Shown one piece after another: positions 30,431 through 40,324 of a stretch of DNA of 64,000 nt. The position numbers and the translations under genes were made by a program. The number at the start of each line of letters is the position of its first letter. The first letter of the stretch is position 1. The DNA is from Nibricoccus sp. GTDB taxonomy: Bacteria > Verrucomicrobiota > Verrucomicrobiia > Opitutales > Opitutaceae. The notes under the pieces were generated by a model. The model ran no database searches and was not told where the DNA came from. It saw nothing but the letters and a program-made list of their open reading frames with translations. The stretch spans positions 672,001 to 736,000 of the forward strand of contig JASGHG010000001.1 of NCBI GenBank assembly GCA_047602425.1. Reading direction: 5' to 3'.

Positions 30431-33400
30431 ATGAATATCTCCTTGGGTGAGGGAAAACGTAGTTGCCTCGCAATTCTGGCTTTGAGCCTGGCCGCTTTCG
30501 GCGCGCCGATTTTGAACGCCGCCGAAAAAGACACCATATACAAGGCCCTGCCGAATTTCGACCTAAGGTCCGAAGCCACCGCCGGTCAGGCCACAGCCAG
30601 AGCCGAAACCATGGAAGGCACCAAGACAACAGCAGCTGTCGAGGCACTCAAAAGCCGCGTGAGCAAAGTTCAGGTCGATCATCACGCCATTACTGGGGCC
30701 CCCTCCTTCATTCGCTCGACCGACCATTTCCTTACCGGACCTGCCAGCCGAGGAAGCGCCGGCAGCAACGCTCCTCTCCAAGCTATTCCCACCAGCGATC
30801 CATACCTTCCGATAAAGGCGTTCATCGACGGGAATCCCGAGCTCTTCGGTCATTCCTCCTCCCTGCTCGCCGGCACTCGCACCCGCCGCGACTATGTCAC
30901 CCCGCATAGCCGAACCAGAACTGTCGTATTGGAACAAGTTTTCAACAACATCCCCGTCTTCGAGGCGACGCTCCAGACCAGTCTCACCCATAACGACGAA
31001 CTCATTAACATCTCCAGTTCGCTCCTCGCCGATCCCGCCCAAGCCGTCAAAACCGGCACCCCCGAAACCTCCGCGCGTCAAGGCACGCCAACGATCGCCG
31101 CCGTCGCAGCCATCGTTGCCGCCGCCGCCAACATCGGTGAAGTCATCAACGAACTCGACCTCACCCGCACCAGCGCCACCGTCGGCAACGAACAACTCCA
31201 GCGGTTCCACGCCATTCGACTCGGCGACACCAAAGCCAGCCTGACTTGGCTCCCGATGAACGCCTCCTCTCTGCGCCTCTGCTGGCAGGTCGAGCTCACC
31301 AGCAAGACCCAGGGTGCCATGTACCGTCTCCTCATCGACGCCATCACCGGCGACGCCCTTCTCCGCCACTGCCTCACCGAGGATATCTCCCCCGCCTCCT
31401 ACAACGTCTATTCCGCCGGCAGCCCATCGCCGTTCATGCCCGGTCATTCCACACCTTCCAACGTCCAGCCCACCGTCGTCCCTCGCACGCTCGTCACCCT
31501 CTCCGCCCTCGATACCACCGCCTCCCCCAACGGCTGGATCGACGACGGAATCACCGAAACCCGCGGCAACAACGTCGACTCCCACGCCGATGCCAACGCC
31601 GACGACGCCCCCGACCTCCCACGCCCGCAATCCACCGGCGCCAACCGCGTTTTTAATCCCGCCCTCGACCTGAACCAATCACCATCGACCTACAAGGATG
31701 CCGCCGTCGTCAACCTTTTCTACTGGTGCAATTGGATGCACGACCGCCTCTACCAGCTCGGCTTCACCGAGGCTGCCGGCAACTTCCAAAACGACAACTT
31801 CGGCCGCGGCGGTCTCGGCAATGACGCCGTCCAAGCCGACGCCCAGGATGGCTCCGGCACCAACAACGCCAACTTCTCCACCCCTTCCGATGGCTCCCCC
31901 GGACGCATGCAGATGTTCATCTTCAATTACGCCGCGCCCAACCGCGATGGTGACTTCGACTCCGAAATCGTCCTCCACGAATACACTCATGGCCTCTCCA
32001 ACCGCCTCGTTGGTGGCGGCGTCGGCATGAGCGCACTTCAATCACGCGGCATGGGCGAAGGCTGGTCCGACTTCTACGCCCTCGCACTCCTCGCTCCACC
32101 CTCAGCCGACATCAATGGCGTCTATCCCACCGGCGGCTACGCCACCTACCTCCGTGGAAACATCACTGAAAACTACTACTACGGCATCCGCCGCTACCCC
32201 TATTCCACCGACCTCCTCAAAAGCCCGCTCACCTACAAAGACATCGACCCGAACCAGGCCAGCCCGCACACCGGCGTCCCGCGCAATACCGCAACACCCA
32301 CCACCGCCAATTCCGTCCATAACATAGGCGAAGTCTGGTGCAACATGCTCTGGGAAGCCCGCGCCAGTCTCATCGCCAAACACGGCCATGCCATCGGCAA
32401 TGAACTCATGCTCCAACTCGTTACCGACGGCATGAAACTCGCCCCCGCCAATCCCACCTTCGTCCAAGCCCGCGACGCCATCATCCAGGCCGACCTCGCC
32501 AAAACGTCCGGTGCCAACAAAAGCGAACTCTGGACCGCCTTCGCCAAACGCGGTCTCGGCGTCGACGCCACCTCCCCCTCCAACGCCACCACCACCGGCG
32601 TCTCCGAAAGCTACGACGTTCCCGACGACCTCTCCGTCACCCCCGCGACGCCCTCCATCTCCGGCGGCGCAGCTGGCGGACCCTTCACCCCTGCAACCAT
32701 CACCTACACCCTAACCAACAAGGGCACCGCCAACCTCAACTGGACCGTGTCCACCACGCAGCCTTGGGCCCATTTGGACCTGACAAGTGGTTTACTGGCT
32801 CCCGGCGCCACGGCCACCGTCACCCTGACAATCAACGCCTCCACGCTCGCCAATGGCGTCTACATCACCAACACAACCTTCATCAATGCAACCAGCACGG
32901 CCACTCGCAGCCGCCAGACAACCCTCACCGTCATTCCGCCTCCAGTCTTTTCCTCCCACCCCGCCAACGTCAGCACCTACGCAAGCAACTTCTTCTCGCT
33001 CTCCGCCTCCGCCACCTCCACCGCTGGCACCCTCACCTACCAGTGGAAAAAAGACGGCGTCCCCGTCGTCAACAACACACGTATCTCCGGAGCCACCACC
33101 ACCTACCTCAACGTCACCAACGCCAAGGTCTCCGACTCCGGCTCATATACCCTCGTCGCCTACAACGGTGCCACCAGCACCAGCAACGCCGCCGCTGTAA
33201 CCATTACTCTGCCTCCCCCGCCCACCATCACCACCCAGCCCAACAGCTTCACCATCTACGCCAGTAACAGCCTTAGCCTTTACGCTTCCGCCAATAGTGT
33301 CACTTCTGCCACCTACCAGTGGTTCAAAGACGGTGTCGCCATCTTCGGAGCCTCCTCCGGCAGTTACTACAAATCTCCTGCCACTACCGCTGACGCCGGC

Positions 33401-36400
33401 ATCTACACTTTCGTTGCCACCAACGCTGGCGGCTCCACTACCAGCTCACCGGCCACCATCATAGTTAACACCGCCTCGACTCCGGTCATCAACAGCCAGT
33501 CCACCAACCAGACCGGCTATATCGCCAATACCCTCAATATTAGCGCAACCGTTACCTCCAACATCACGGCGACCTACCAATGGTACAAAGACGGCGTCGC
33601 ACTCGTCAACGCCACCAGCCACATTTCCGGTGCCACCAGTACCGATCTCTATCTCTCCAATCTTCAGGCCTCCGACGCCGGCACCTACACCTTCATCGCC
33701 ACCAACGCCACCGGTTCCACCACCAGCGCTCCCATCGTCGTCACCGTCATTTTGCCGCCGCTCCCCACCATCACCACCCAGCCGTCCAACCAAACCCTCT
33801 ACGCCGGCGCCAACCTATACCTTTACCTCGGCGCCTCCACCAATGGCCCCGCCACCTTTCAATGGTACAAAGACGGCGTCGCCCTCGCCGACGCCACCGG
33901 CCACATCTCGGGAGCCACGACAAACTACGCCACGATCTCCCCCACCCTTGCAGCCGACGCCGGCACCTATACCTGCACCATCACCAACGCCGCCGGTTCC
34001 GTCACCAGCACCGGCGCCACCATCACCTTCAACATACCAGCCGCACCCACGCTAAACTCCCAAAGCACCGCCAGCATCACCCAGCAGGCAGGCACCTCCT
34101 TCAGCCTTTCGGTCTCCGCCAGCGGCAACGGCTACCTTGCCTACCAGTGGTACAGAAACGGCGTCGCCCTCGTCGGCGATTCTCGCATCTTCGGCGCTAC
34201 CGCCAGCAACTGCTTTATCCACAGCAGCCGCGTGGCCGATTCCGGCAGCTATACCTGCACCGTCACCAATGCCGGCGGCTCCGTCACCACCCTGCCCGTT
34301 TCCGTCACCATCACGCCGCCTCCTGCCCCCACCATTTCCTCCCAACCAGTCACCACCTACTCCGCCTACGCTGGCAATACCTTAACCAGCTACTACATCT
34401 ACGTCAACGCCAGCGGTACCGACCCTCTCGCCTACCAGTGGTACAAGGACGGCGCTCCTCTCGCGACCGACACCCGAGTCACTGCCAATACGTTCCAACT
34501 CACCATAAAAAACCTGCAAGCTTCCGACGCCGGCGTGTACCGCGTCGTCGTATCCAACGACGGCGGTTCCGTCACCAGCACCAACTGCACGATCACCATC
34601 GTTGTCCCCGCCGCCCCGGTCTTCCTCACTCATCCGTCCAACATGACGGTCCTTGAGGGCACCACCAACTCCATCGGCTGCAACGTCAACGCCAATGGAA
34701 CCATCACCTACCAGTGGTACAAGGACGGCGCCGCCATCCCCGGAGCGACCACCAACACCTACACCAAAGCTGCCGCCCTCACCGATGCCGGCCAATACTA
34801 CGTCACCGCTACCAACGCCGGCGGCACCGCCACCAGCAACACCGCCACCCTCACCGTCACCCCCGCCACCGCGCCTATCATCACTCTTCATCCCCTTTCC
34901 CAAGCCGTCTATGCCGGTGACAGCCTGAACCTCACCGCCGCCGCCATCGGCGCACCCTTGCCCACCCTCCAATGGTACAAAAACGGCACCGCGATTAGCG
35001 GCGCCACCACCAATACCCTCTCACTCACCAACCTCACCGCCGCCAGCAACGGCAACACGTACCACCTCGTCGCCACCAACGTCGCCGGCACCGCCACCAG
35101 CACCCCCGCCACCCTCACTATCGAATCATCAACCAGCACCAAAGTTCTCTTCCTACGCCCCGCCACGCGCACCGTCGGCTGCGCCCGCGTCACCTACCCA
35201 CTCGCCATCTACACCAAGGCCCCGTGGACCGCCTCGTCCGATGCCGCTTGGGTAAAACTCAACGTCACCAGCGGCGCCCGGGGCCGCGGTATTGAAATCA
35301 CCGTTGCGCCCAACCCATACCCCGTCGAGCGCACCGCCACCGTCACCATCGGCGAACTCACCCACACCCTCACCCAGCGCGCCGCCGGCACCCCCGTCAC
35401 CGAACTCTGGGCCACCGGTGCCAACGACCTCGGACAACTCGGCGACCACCGTCACCCACCCGTCACCTTGCCCGCCATCGTCGACAGCGACGTCATTGCG
35501 GTCTCCGCCGGCCGCTCCCACACCCTCTATATCAAATCCGACAACACTCTCTGGGGCATTGGCCACAACAACTCCGGCCAACTCGGCCTCGGCAACACCA
35601 CCAGCCAGCAGTTCCCCGTCCAGATCGCCACCGGCGTCAAAGCCATCGCCGCCGGCTACTACCACTCCGCCTTCATCAAAACCGACAACACCCTCTGGAC
35701 CTGCGGTGCTAATATCTACGGCGAAATTGGCGACGGCACCACCCTCGTCCGCACTTCTCCCGTCCAGATCGCCACCGACGTCAAAGCCGTCTCCGCCTGC
35801 GGTCTCTTCACTCTCTTCATCAAAAACGACAACACCCTGTGGGGAACCGGCCATAACAGCTACGGCCAGCTCGGCGACGGCACAGGCGAAAACCGCAAGA
35901 CTCCCTGGCAAATTGACACCAATGTCGCCCACATTGCCGCCGGCTATGTCCATACCCTCTACGTAAAAATCGACGGCACCCTCTGGGCCACCGGCTACAA
36001 CAACATGGGCCAACTCGGCGACGGCACCAACGTCGACAAAAATACGCCCACCCTTATCACCACCGACATCGCCAAAGTTTACGCCGGCTATTACCATTCC
36101 CTCATTCTGACAAAGGATTCCTCCCTCTACAGCTGCGGCTATAATTTCGACGGGCAGCTTGGCATCGGCGGCTACTCCAGCGCCAACACCCCGACCTTCG
36201 TCGCCTCCTATTTCGCCTCCGCCGCTGGGGGTGCCTACCATACGTTGTTCCTCGCAGCCGACGGCACTACCCAGTCCTCGGGCGAAGGCAGCTACTACAA
36301 ACTCTGCACGGGCGGGACCACAACCAACTCCTTCCGCTACACCGTCGCCAGTGGCGTCAAGGCCGTCGCCTGCGGCCGCGACAATTCCTTCCTCCTCAAA

Positions 36401-37906
36401 ACCGATGGCACTCTCTGGGCCGTCGGCGACAACGAATACGGCCAGCTCGGCTATGCCAGCCCCGGCAACGACACCCGATTCACCCCGGTCAGCATCGCCT
36501 CCGACGCCGCCACCGCCGCCGCTGGAGACAACCACACCCTCTTCCTCACCACCGGCGGCACCCTCCTCTCCGCTGGCGATAACACCTACGGCCAGCTCGC
36601 CAACGGCTCCATTCTCGGAACCAGCAGTCCCGTCCCCGGTTTCACCGGCCTGAAGGCGCTCGCCGCCGGTTACAACCATACCCTGCTCCTAAAAAACAAT
36701 GGCGACCTCTGGGCTGCAGGCTGCAACAACTACTACCAGCTCGGCGCCGGTTACTCCAGCTACACAACGCTCCCCGTCCAGATCACCACCGACATCGCCG
36801 CCCTCTCCGCCGGCTACCACCACAGCCACTTGCTCAGGACCAACAACAACCTCCTCGGCATGGGCCGAAACGACTACGGCCAGCTCGCCAACAATTCCAC
36901 CGCCAACCTCATACGCCCGACCCAGGTCGCCACCGCCGTCTCCTCTGTCGCCGACGGCGCCTATCACACCCTCGTCATCAAAAACGACGCCACCCTCTGG
37001 GCTGCCGGCGACAACACCTATGGCCAGATCGGCAATGGTACCAACACCACCGCCTATACCCCCGTCCAGATCGCCGGCAGCTACCTCGCCGCCGCCGGAG
37101 GCAACAACCACTCACTCTATCTCAAATCCGACAACACCGCCTGGGCCGCCGGTGACAACAGCTCCGGCCAGCTCGGTGACGGCACCTACACCGACCATCC
37201 CTCCCCGGTTCAGGTCCTCACCAACGTAAAAGCAATCGACGCCGGCCGGTACCATAGCCTTTGGCTCAAAACCGACAATACCCTCTGGGCCGCCGGCGAT
37301 GGCTCATCCGGCCAGTTCGGCAACGGCAGCACCAGCTACCGCAGCACCCCGGCCAAAATCGCGGCCAATATCCAGTCCTTCAAGGCCGGCGGCGCCCATA
37401 CCCTCTTCATCGCCAGCGCCGACTACCGAACCAACATTATTGCCCCAACCATCACAGCCGTCGCTCCCGCCACCTTCGCCGCCGGAGCCCAGGTCACCAT
37501 CACCGGTTACAACTTCAATAACATCCTCAGCGTCACCTTCAACGACACCGACGCCACCAGTTATACAACCAACTCCTCCACTCAAATCACCGCGGTGGTC
37601 CCCGCCGTCGACACCACCGCCTGCATCATCAAGGTCGCCAACTTCGAAGGCATCGGCACTTACCCGCAAAGTTCCAGCTCCTCATCCAGCAGCAGCTCCT
37701 CCTCCTCATCTTCCTCAAGTAGTTCGTCATCTTCCTCCTCCAGTTCCTCTTCGAGTTCCTCCAGCTCCGGATCCCCGCAGCCTCCGGCTCCGAATCCGGG
37801 CGGTGGTGGTGGCGGCGGCGGTGGCGCTCCCGGTCTTGTCTACCTGGCCGCACTCGCCGTTGCAGGTGTAGCCCGTGGTTTTTCACTCTGGGCTCGCCGA
37901 CGTTGA
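30431..37906 (+). CDS. Giant secreted M36 (fungalysin) metalloprotease paralog 2: propeptide, M36, BACON, 8 Ig, 14 RCC1 repeats, IPT, 33-Ser linker, GlyGly-CTERM-like tail
   Basis: HEYTHGLSNRL/GMGEGWSDF; 8 counted QW.K/R.G Ig repeats; 14 RCC1 repeats; ends GGGGGGGGAPGLVYLAALAVAGVARGFSLWARRR. ATG 30431 chosen because its context atccagcaaATG matches paralog 1 (track starts 30407). Confidence 0.9.
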   Translation: MNISLGEGKRSCLAILALSLAAFGAPILNAAEKDTIYKALPNFDLRSEATAGQATARAETMEGTKTTAAVEALKSRVSKVQVDHHAITGAPSFIRSTDHFLTGPASRGSAGSNAPLQAIPTSDPYLPIKAFIDGNPELFGHSSSLLAGTRTRRDYVTPHSRTRTVVLEQVFNNIPVFEATLQTSLTHNDELINISSSLLADPAQAVKTGTPETSARQGTPTIAAVAAIVAAAANIGEVINELDLTRTSATVGNEQLQRFHAIRLGDTKASLTWLPMNASSLRLCWQVELTSKTQGAMYRLLIDAITGDALLRHCLTEDISPASYNVYSAGSPSPFMPGHSTPSNVQPTVVPRTLVTLSALDTTASPNGWIDDGITETRGNNVDSHADANADDAPDLPRPQSTGANRVFNPALDLNQSPSTYKDAAVVNLFYWCNWMHDRLYQLGFTEAAGNFQNDNFGRGGLGNDAVQADAQDGSGTNNANFSTPSDGSPGRMQMFIFNYAAPNRDGDFDSEIVLHEYTHGLSNRLVGGGVGMSALQSRGMGEGWSDFYALALLAPPSADINGVYPTGGYATYLRGNITENYYYGIRRYPYSTDLLKSPLTYKDIDPNQASPHTGVPRNTATPTTANSVHNIGEVWCNMLWEARASLIAKHGHAIGNELMLQLVTDGMKLAPANPTFVQARDAIIQADLAKTSGANKSELWTAFAKRGLGVDATSPSNATTTGVSESYDVPDDLSVTPATPSISGGAAGGPFTPATITYTLTNKGTANLNWTVSTTQPWAHLDLTSGLLAPGATATVTLTINASTLANGVYITNTTFINATSTATRSRQTTLTVIPPPVFSSHPANVSTYASNFFSLSASATSTAGTLTYQWKKDGVPVVNNTRISGATTTYLNVTNAKVSDSGSYTLVAYNGATSTSNAAAVTITLPPPPTITTQPNSFTIYASNSLSLYASANSVTSATYQWFKDGVAIFGASSGSYYKSPATTADAGIYTFVATNAGGSTTSSPATIIVNTASTPVINSQSTNQTGYIANTLNISATVTSNITATYQWYKDGVALVNATSHISGATSTDLYLSNLQASDAGTYTFIATNATGSTTSAPIVVTVILPPLPTITTQPSNQTLYAGANLYLYLGASTNGPATFQWYKDGVALADATGHISGATTNYATISPTLAADAGTYTCTITNAAGSVTSTGATITFNIPAAPTLNSQSTASITQQAGTSFSLSVSASGNGYLAYQWYRNGVALVGDSRIFGATASNCFIHSSRVADSGSYTCTVTNAGGSVTTLPVSVTITPPPAPTISSQPVTTYSAYAGNTLTSYYIYVNASGTDPLAYQWYKDGAPLATDTRVTANTFQLTIKNLQASDAGVYRVVVSNDGGSVTSTNCTITIVVPAAPVFLTHPSNMTVLEGTTNSIGCNVNANGTITYQWYKDGAAIPGATTNTYTKAAALTDAGQYYVTATNAGGTATSNTATLTVTPATAPIITLHPLSQAVYAGDSLNLTAAAIGAPLPTLQWYKNGTAISGATTNTLSLTNLTAASNGNTYHLVATNVAGTATSTPATLTIESSTSTKVLFLRPATRTVGCARVTYPLAIYTKAPWTASSDAAWVKLNVTSGARGRGIEITVAPNPYPVERTATVTIGELTHTLTQRAAGTPVTELWATGANDLGQLGDHRHPPVTLPAIVDSDVIAVSAGRSHTLYIKSDNTLWGIGHNNSGQLGLGNTTSQQFPVQIATGVKAIAAGYYHSAFIKTDNTLWTCGANIYGEIGDGTTLVRTSPVQIATDVKAVSACGLFTLFIKNDNTLWGTGHNSYGQLGDGTGENRKTPWQIDTNVAHIAAGYVHTLYVKIDGTLWATGYNNMGQLGDGTNVDKNTPTLITTDIAKVYAGYYHSLILTKDSSLYSCGYNFDGQLGIGGYSSANTPTFVASYFASAAGGAYHTLFLAADGTTQSSGEGSYYKLCTGGTTTNSFRYTVASGVKAVACGRDNSFLLKTDGTLWAVGDNEYGQLGYASPGNDTRFTPVSIASDAATAAAGDNHTLFLTTGGTLLSAGDNTYGQLANGSILGTSSPVPGFTGLKALAAGYNHTLLLKNNGDLWAAGCNNYYQLGAGYSSYTTLPVQITTDIAALSAGYHHSHLLRTNNNLLGMGRNDYGQLANNSTANLIRPTQVATAVSSVADGAYHTLVIKNDATLWAAGDNTYGQIGNGTNTTAYTPVQIAGSYLAAAGGNNHSLYLKSDNTAWAAGDNSSGQLGDGTYTDHPSPVQVLTNVKAIDAGRYHSLWLKTDNTLWAAGDGSSGQFGNGSTSYRSTPAKIAANIQSFKAGGAHTLFIASADYRTNIIAPTITAVAPATFAAGAQVTITGYNFNNILSVTFNDTDATSYTTNSSTQITAVVPAVDTTACIIKVANFEGIGTYPQSSSSSSSSSSSSSSSSSSSSSSSSSSSSSSSSSGSPQPPAPNPGGGGGGGGGAPGLVYLAALAVAGVARGFSLWARRR

Positions 37907-37951
37907 TCCTGCGCGCATGGTGGAAGCTCGCCTTCTTCCATGCGCGAACAG
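37763..37951 (+). repeat. Direct repeat copy 2 (sorting tail plus hairpin over the rhombosortase start)
   Basis: Matches 29861-30047. Confidence 0.95.
37912..37946 (+). promoter_or_regulatory. RNA hairpin sequestering the rhombosortase start codon
   Basis: CGCGCATGG (37912-37920) pairs perfectly with CCATGCGCG (37938-37946), extended by GGAAG/CTTCT; ATG 37940 lies in the 3' arm; no U-tract. Confidence 0.55.
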
Positions 37952-38599
37952 ATTAAAGACATCCTCGACCCCAAACGGCTGCCCTGGCTTTACCTCGCGA
38001 TCTGCGTGGTGGCGACGTTTGCCGTCGCGATTCCGTCAATTCGGCCCGCGCTTGTCTACAATCGCGCCGCCATCGCCCAGGGCGAATTGTGGCGCATCTG
38101 GACCGGGCATCTCGTGCATTTCGGCTGGCCGCACGGCCTCGCCGATGGATCGCTGTTTGTGTTGATTGGTTGGGCTCTCGAACGCACCCAGAAAAAATTC
38201 AGCCACTGGTCGCTACTCATCCAGCCCGTCATTATCAGTGCCGCGCTCTTCTGGTTCGACCCCAAGATGAACATCTATGGCGGCCTCTCCGGCCTCAACG
38301 TCGGCCTGCTCGTTTTTCTCGCCTGCCGCGGCTGGCACAAAGATCGCCTCGATTGGTTCTGGCCTGCGATTCTGCTCATCCATGTTGTCGAAATCTTCCT
38401 CGAAATCCGCAACCAAGGTCACGGCGGCGGCGCCATTCGTTTCGACGATTCGTCCATCCGCGTGGCGACGATCGCGCACATTGGCGGCGCGCTCTACGGC
38501 GTGGCCAGTTGGGGCGTTCTTGCCTTGCAAAGACAGAAACCAAAAGACGCTTCGTCCGACAACAAAACGCCAGGCGACGACAATTCTAGGGGCGCGTGA
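37940..38599 (+). CDS. Rhombosortase-type rhomboid intramembrane serine protease
   Basis: 219 aa; Y.R.AI.QGELWRIWTGHLVH..W.H, catalytic YGGLSG (Ser) and AHIGG (His); directly downstream of two poly-Gly-tail proteins. Confidence 0.88.
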   Translation: MREQIKDILDPKRLPWLYLAICVVATFAVAIPSIRPALVYNRAAIAQGELWRIWTGHLVHFGWPHGLADGSLFVLIGWALERTQKKFSHWSLLIQPVIISAALFWFDPKMNIYGGLSGLNVGLLVFLACRGWHKDRLDWFWPAILLIHVVEIFLEIRNQGHGGGAIRFDDSSIRVATIAHIGGALYGVASWGVLALQRQKPKDASSDNKTPGDDNSRGA

Positions 38600-40309
38600 T
38601 TACGACAAATCCGGCGGCACTGTCGCAATCGCTTCTTCAAGCGTGGTCAGGCCTTCCTTGACCTTGAGCAAACTGTCTTGATGCAGCGTCTTCATGCCAT
38701 TCTTCATGGCGATTTTCTTTAGTTCGGCAGATTCCATGCCCTTGTTGATGCCTTCGATCAGCTCTTCGCTGATGATCATCAACTCGTGAATACCGAGACG
38801 GCCCTTGTAGCCGCTGCCGCTGCATTTTGGGCAACCCCTTGGACTGGCCTTGTAGATCTGCCCGCTCCAGCCAATTGCCTTTTCGAAAATTTCCTTTTCG
38901 CGGTCGTGCATGTCCGCATGAACACGGCAGGATTTGCAGACGCGCCGCATAAGACGCTGCGCGCACACGCAGAGCAGCGAGGACGAAATCATGAAAGGCT
39001 CGATGCCCATGTCGGTCAGACGGGCAATCGTGCTCGGCGCATCGTTCGTGTGCAGCGTACTGATCAACAAGTGACCGGTCAGCGCGGCCTCAACGGCGAT
39101 GTTCGCGGTTTCTTTGTCTCGAATTTCGCCCACGAGAATGATGTCGGGATCTTGGCGCAGGAACGCGCGCAGCGCCGTGGCAAACGTCAGGCCGATTTGC
39201 CGGTGCATCTGCATCTGGTTGATACCGGCAAGCGTGTATTCGATCGGATCCTCAGCGGTGCGAATGACGAGTTCCGGCGAATTGATTTCGTTGAGCGCCG
39301 AGTAGAGGGTCATCGACTTACCCGAACCAGTCGGACCGCAATGCAGGATCATGCCGTAGGGCTGGCGGATCACGTCGCGGTATTTCGCAAGATTCTCCTC
39401 GGAGAAACCGAGCATCGGCAGCGGCAGTGTGGATTTCTGCTTGTCGAGAATACGCATGACCACACCTTCGCCGTGATTGAGCGGCGCAGTGGAGACACGC
39501 AAATCGATATCGATCGATTTTTTCGTGAACTGCTTGAAAACAATGCGTCCGTCCTGCGGCATGCGACGTTCGGCGATGTCGAGGTTGCACATGATCTTGA
39601 GGCGCGCGACCAAGGCCGGGCCCACCTTTGAGGGAAGGCGCAGCTTTTCCTGGCAAATGCCGTCGATGCGGTAACGAACGACGACTTCTTTCTCCCACGG
39701 CTCAATGTGAATATCGCTCGTGCCTAGGTAAAACGCGTCCTCAATAATACGGTTGGCCAGCTGGATGATGGGGCCGGAATCTTCAGCTCCCTCCTCGCCG
39801 TCTTTAATTTCGATGTCAGTAACGCCAAATTCCTCGCCGATCTGCTCAACAACGTCCTCGAAACCGGCAGACTGTGCGGACGCGGCGAACTTATCCTTGA
39901 GGTCCTTCTCGCGTGCGAGAACGCGCAGAACGCGCATGCCGGTCATTTCCTGAATCTTGACGGGCAGTGAAAGTTCAAACGGATTCGAAAACGCGACGAT
40001 CAGATAGTCACCCACCACACCGACCGGAAGGATCTGGTGCTCGGCGCAAAAATCCTGCGGCACGCGTTCGAAGGTCGATTGCGTGACTTTGTATCGAGCC
40101 ACATGATACGGAGCGAGGCCAAAGGCCTTTCCCTTGGCCACCAAAAGCTGGAGTGACGAAATTTTGTACTCTTCCTGGAGCAGCTTGTCCAAGGCATCGC
40201 CGGTCAATTCGTCCGGCGACGATGCGATTTTTTCGTGATCCGCCTCCGAAAGGCGCTCCATTTGCTCGAGCGCGCTGATGATCTGGAGTTGAAATTTTCC
40301 GAGTGCCAT
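38600..40309 (-). CDS. GspE/PulE/PilB-family secretion or pilus-assembly ATPase
   Basis: [19 protein letters not shown], Walker [47 protein letters not shown] zinc motif. Confidence 0.95.
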   Translation of the reverse strand: MALGKFQLQIISALEQMERLSEADHEKIASSPDELTGDALDKLLQEEYKISSLQLLVAKGKAFGLAPYHVARYKVTQSTFERVPQDFCAEHQILPVGVVGDYLIVAFSNPFELSLPVKIQEMTGMRVLRVLAREKDLKDKFAASAQSAGFEDVVEQIGEEFGVTDIEIKDGEEGAEDSGPIIQLANRIIEDAFYLGTSDIHIEPWEKEVVVRYRIDGICQEKLRLPSKVGPALVARLKIMCNLDIAERRMPQDGRIVFKQFTKKSIDIDLRVSTAPLNHGEGVVMRILDKQKSTLPLPMLGFSEENLAKYRDVIRQPYGMILHCGPTGSGKSMTLYSALNEINSPELVIRTAEDPIEYTLAGINQMQMHRQIGLTFATALRAFLRQDPDIILVGEIRDKETANIAVEAALTGHLLISTLHTNDAPSTIARLTDMGIEPFMISSSLLCVCAQRLMRRVCKSCRVHADMHDREKEIFEKAIGWSGQIYKASPRGCPKCSGSGYKGRLGIHELMIISEELIEGINKGMESAELKKIAMKNGMKTLHQDSLLKVKEGLTTLEEAIATVPPDLS

Positions 40310-40324
40310 GGCGGTGGTGAGAGG

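Noticed and set aside
30563..36679. Long minus-strand ORFs (30563-31678, 35153-36679 and others)
   Set aside because: Gly/Val-rich antisense products of the C-biased codon usage of the M36 gene.
27500..37410. Periodic ~150-nt repeats as a CRISPR array or diversity-generating retroelement target
   Set aside because: They are degenerate in-frame RCC1 and Ig protein repeats; no identical repeats with spacers, no cas or reverse transcriptase gene in the window.
37670..37768. 33-Ser tract (and the shorter one near 29800-29866) as a phase-variable simple repeat
   Set aside because: Encoded by mixed Ser codons, so it is a protein-level linker rather than a slippage tract.
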